A DNA stretch of 27,503 bases from Verrucomicrobiota bacterium. GTDB lineage: Bacteria; Verrucomicrobiota; Verrucomicrobiia; Opitutales; UBA953. The translations under genes were made by a program, and so were the position numbers. The notes beneath the pieces were generated by a model, which was not told the DNA's origin, did no database searches, and saw only the letters and a program-made list of their open reading frames with translations. The DNA is taken from positions 1 to 27,503 of the forward strand of contig JBEGRN010000001.1 of NCBI GenBank assembly GCA_041180425.1, read 5' to 3'. Each line of letters starts with the position of its first letter. Within the stretch, counting starts at the first letter, position 1. Below, piece after piece: positions 25,875 to 27,503 of the stretch.

Positions 25875-27044
25875 ATGTTTAGCTCCCGCCTGGCCTTTGC
25901 CGACGCTCCTAACGCCCTCAGCAAAGCCAAAGCCAAGCGGCTCTCCGCCAACTTGCCGGTGCTGGATATGGCGGACGCGAATCCCGCCAGCGCCGGCTTT
26001 GGCTGGTCGGTCGCCGAACTGGGTTCGTTCCTGCGCAAGGAAGGCCTCCAGCGCCAAGAGCCCGACCCGCGCGGCCTCGCCGTGACGCGCGCCGCCATCG
26101 CGGACTACTATTCGGCCCGCGGTGTCCGCGTCTCCGCCGACCGTCTCTTCCTTTCCGCCAGCACGAGCGAAGGCTATTCTTGGCTCTTCAAGTTGCTCTG
26201 CAATCCGGGCGACGAGGTGCTCGTGCCTGAACCTGCGTATCCTTTGCTCGAAGTCTTGGCGGCGTTGGAAGGCGTGGTGCTGCGGCCTTACAAACTCGCC
26301 CAACTGGCGGGCGAGTGGGTCATCGATCCCGGCCAACTCAAGGCCGGTAGCCGGACCAAGGCCATTGTCTGCATCAATCCCTCCAACCCGACCGGCGCGT
26401 TCGTCGGCCGCCGCGACCGCGAGCTGCTCCGCAACTTCGCCCTCAAGCACAGCCTCGCCATCCTTTGCGACGAAGTCTTCCTGGACTATCCCGCGGAAGG
26501 CGCCGTCTCGCCGGGGACCTGGGTGGATGAGACGCAGGTCGCGCTCTATGTCCTCAGTGGCCTCTCCAAGGTGGCCGTGGCCCCGCAGCTGAAGGTCGGC
26601 TGGATCGCCGTCGCCGGTCCCGCCAACCATGCCGCCGAATCCTGCCGCCGGCTCGAGCACATCGCCGATGCCTTCTTGTCGGTGAACACGGGGTCCCAGT
26701 TGGCCTTGCCGGACCTCCTCCGCCGGGCCGAACCGCTCCGCGCCGCCCTACGGGCTCGGGTTGCCCAGAACGAACAAGCCCTGAAGGCCTGGGTCGCCGC
26801 CTCCGGTCACCCGTGCTCGGTCTTGCCCCGTCCGGCCGGTTGGATGGGCATCTTGACCCTGCCTCCCGGGGTTTCCGAGGAGCGCTTGCTCTTGAATGCC
26901 TTGGACGAGGGAATTTGGGCTCACCCGGGTTATTTCTATGGGATGCCGGCGACGGCGGGTTACTTGATTTTGAGCCTTTTGCTCGATCCAGCCCAGTTTT
27001 CTGAGGGTTTGCGGGGGTTGGACCGGGCTTTACGCCGAAGCTGA
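25875..27044 (+). CDS. PLP-dependent aminotransferase class I/II
   Basis: 'STSEGY', 'PGDEVLVPEPAYP', 'INPSNPTG', 'LCDEVF', PLP-lysine motif 'LSGLSK...PQLKVGW' and 'HPGYFY'. ATG at 25875. Confidence 0.92.
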   Translation: MFSSRLAFADAPNALSKAKAKRLSANLPVLDMADANPASAGFGWSVAELGSFLRKEGLQRQEPDPRGLAVTRAAIADYYSARGVRVSADRLFLSASTSEGYSWLFKLLCNPGDEVLVPEPAYPLLEVLAALEGVVLRPYKLAQLAGEWVIDPGQLKAGSRTKAIVCINPSNPTGAFVGRRDRELLRNFALKHSLAILCDEVFLDYPAEGAVSPGTWVDETQVALYVLSGLSKVAVAPQLKVGWIAVAGPANHAAESCRRLEHIADAFLSVNTGSQLALPDLLRRAEPLRAALRARVAQNEQALKAWVAASGHPCSVLPRPAGWMGILTLPPGVSEERLLLNALDEGIWAHPGYFYGMPATAGYLILSLLLDPAQFSEGLRGLDRALRRS

Positions 27045-27061
27045 CCCCTCCCACTTACCGC

Positions 27062-27089
27062 TTGCCAATCGGCTCACCGCCCCTTTGCT
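27062..27089 (+). promoter_or_regulatory. Putative promoter TTGCCA-N16-TTTGCT upstream of rpmB
   Basis: TTGCCA(27062-27067)-16 nt-TTTGCT(27084-27089). SD-like AAGGAG at 27101-27106. Confidence 0.5.
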
Positions 27090-27117
27090 CCGACCTTCCA
27101 AAGGAGCTCGAACTACT

Positions 27118-27248
27118 ATGTCCCGTATCTGCAGCGTCACCGGCAAGCGCCCCGTCAAGGGCCGCCGAATCATTCACCGCGGTCAGTCCAAGAAGAGCGG
27201 CGGTATCGGCTTCAGGCCCTCAAGGCCGGCCTCGTCACCAAGGCCTAA
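27118..27248 (+). pseudogene. rpmB: 50S ribosomal protein bL28 with an internal deletion and frameshift (pseudogene or assembly error)
   Basis: The N-terminus MSRICSVTGKRPVKGRRIIHRGQSKKSGGIG ends at 27210. The bL28-like C-terminus ALKAGLVTKA* (27216-27248) follows in a different frame, and a terminator lies right after the TAA. Confidence 0.85.
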
Positions 27249-27269
27249 GCGCCTTCGGTCGCCCGAAGC

Positions 27270-27300
27270 AGAACCCGCCCTCCGGCGGGTTCTTTCGTTT
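27270..27300 (+). terminator. Intrinsic terminator after rpmB
   Basis: AGAACCCGCC-CTCC-GGCGGGTTCT then TTCGTTT. A small hairpin CTTCGG-TCGC-CCGAAG (27253-27268) precedes it. Confidence 0.8.
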
Positions 27301-27405
27301 CGGCGGTTCACCATCGCCTACGTGTGACCGTGTTGTCACCCGCGATCCTGACTCTGGGCTGGCTGGGTCCGTCGGAATAACTAAAGTAAGAAACCCTTTC
27401 GTCTT

Positions 27406-27503
27406 ATGTCCGCGAAGAAGCCCGTCACCGAAGAGAACGCCGATACCGGCAGGTGGTTGCGCGGCCCGGAAGAGGAGGCGTTCGCCGCCGTCCAAGGGCG
27501 CAA
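27406..27503 (+). CDS. 5' part of an unknown gene, truncated by the window end
   Basis: ATG at 27406 after an AT-rich stretch. The frame is open to the end: MSAKKPVTEENADTGRWLRGPEEEAFAAVQGR. No family recognised. Confidence 0.4.
   Translation, partial: MSAKKPVTEENADTGRWLRGPEEEAFAAVQGR

Noticed and set aside
27085-27327. 80-aa ORF as an intact bL28 with a novel C-terminus
   Set aside because: The real C-terminus (ALKAGLVTKA*) lies in another frame. The extension uses rare AGG and TCA codons and runs through the terminator.
27324-27339. Inverted repeat GTGAC-N6-GTCAC upstream of the last ORF as an operator or riboswitch
   Set aside because: The arms are only 5 bp in GC-rich DNA, there is a single copy, and it does not match the CRP consensus. 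I recognised no riboswitch core in 27300-27405.

Overview
A GC-rich, gene-dense chromosomal segment made up mostly of housekeeping genes. The lineage is probably Verrucomicrobiota (Opitutia-like). This is an inference from the bL28 N-terminus 'HRGQSKKSGGIG', the mcsA-mcsB pair, the GYF_2/DUF4190 protein and a PF12831-type oxidoreductase. Gene order: the 3' end of a probable DUF423 gene, a GYF_2/DUF4190 protein, a conserved His/Trp hypothetical, glutathione peroxidase, a TSUP transporter, a membrane-anchored hypothetical, an FAD oxidoreductase, a thioredoxin-like [2Fe-2S] ferredoxin, a DEDDy 3'-5' exonuclease, tRNA-Ala(GGC), a secreted hypothetical, an atypical ACP plus FabF-like ketosynthase, mcsA-mcsB, rbfA-infB-nusA, ettA, malQ-surA-like-mfd, a DUF1826-like protein, a CE1-like esterase, parA, fabV, a class I/II aminotransferase, an internally deleted and frameshifted rpmB, and the start of an unknown gene. 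I found no mobile element, CRISPR array or defence island, and I cannot support a clearly new multi-gene system. The best leads are: (i) rpmB lacking its central part, with the C-terminus out of frame; (ii) a repeated non-canonical promoter motif, TTGCCA-N15/16-TTTGCT, within a generally -35-dominant, near-leaderless and SD-poor expression architecture; (iii) a stand-alone, reverse-ordered KS-ACP pair that is unlike housekeeping FabF/AcpP; (iv) a terminator inside the nusA leader, with no rimP; (v) mcsAB without ctsR or clpC; (vi) a G-rich heptamer repeat upstream of fabV.
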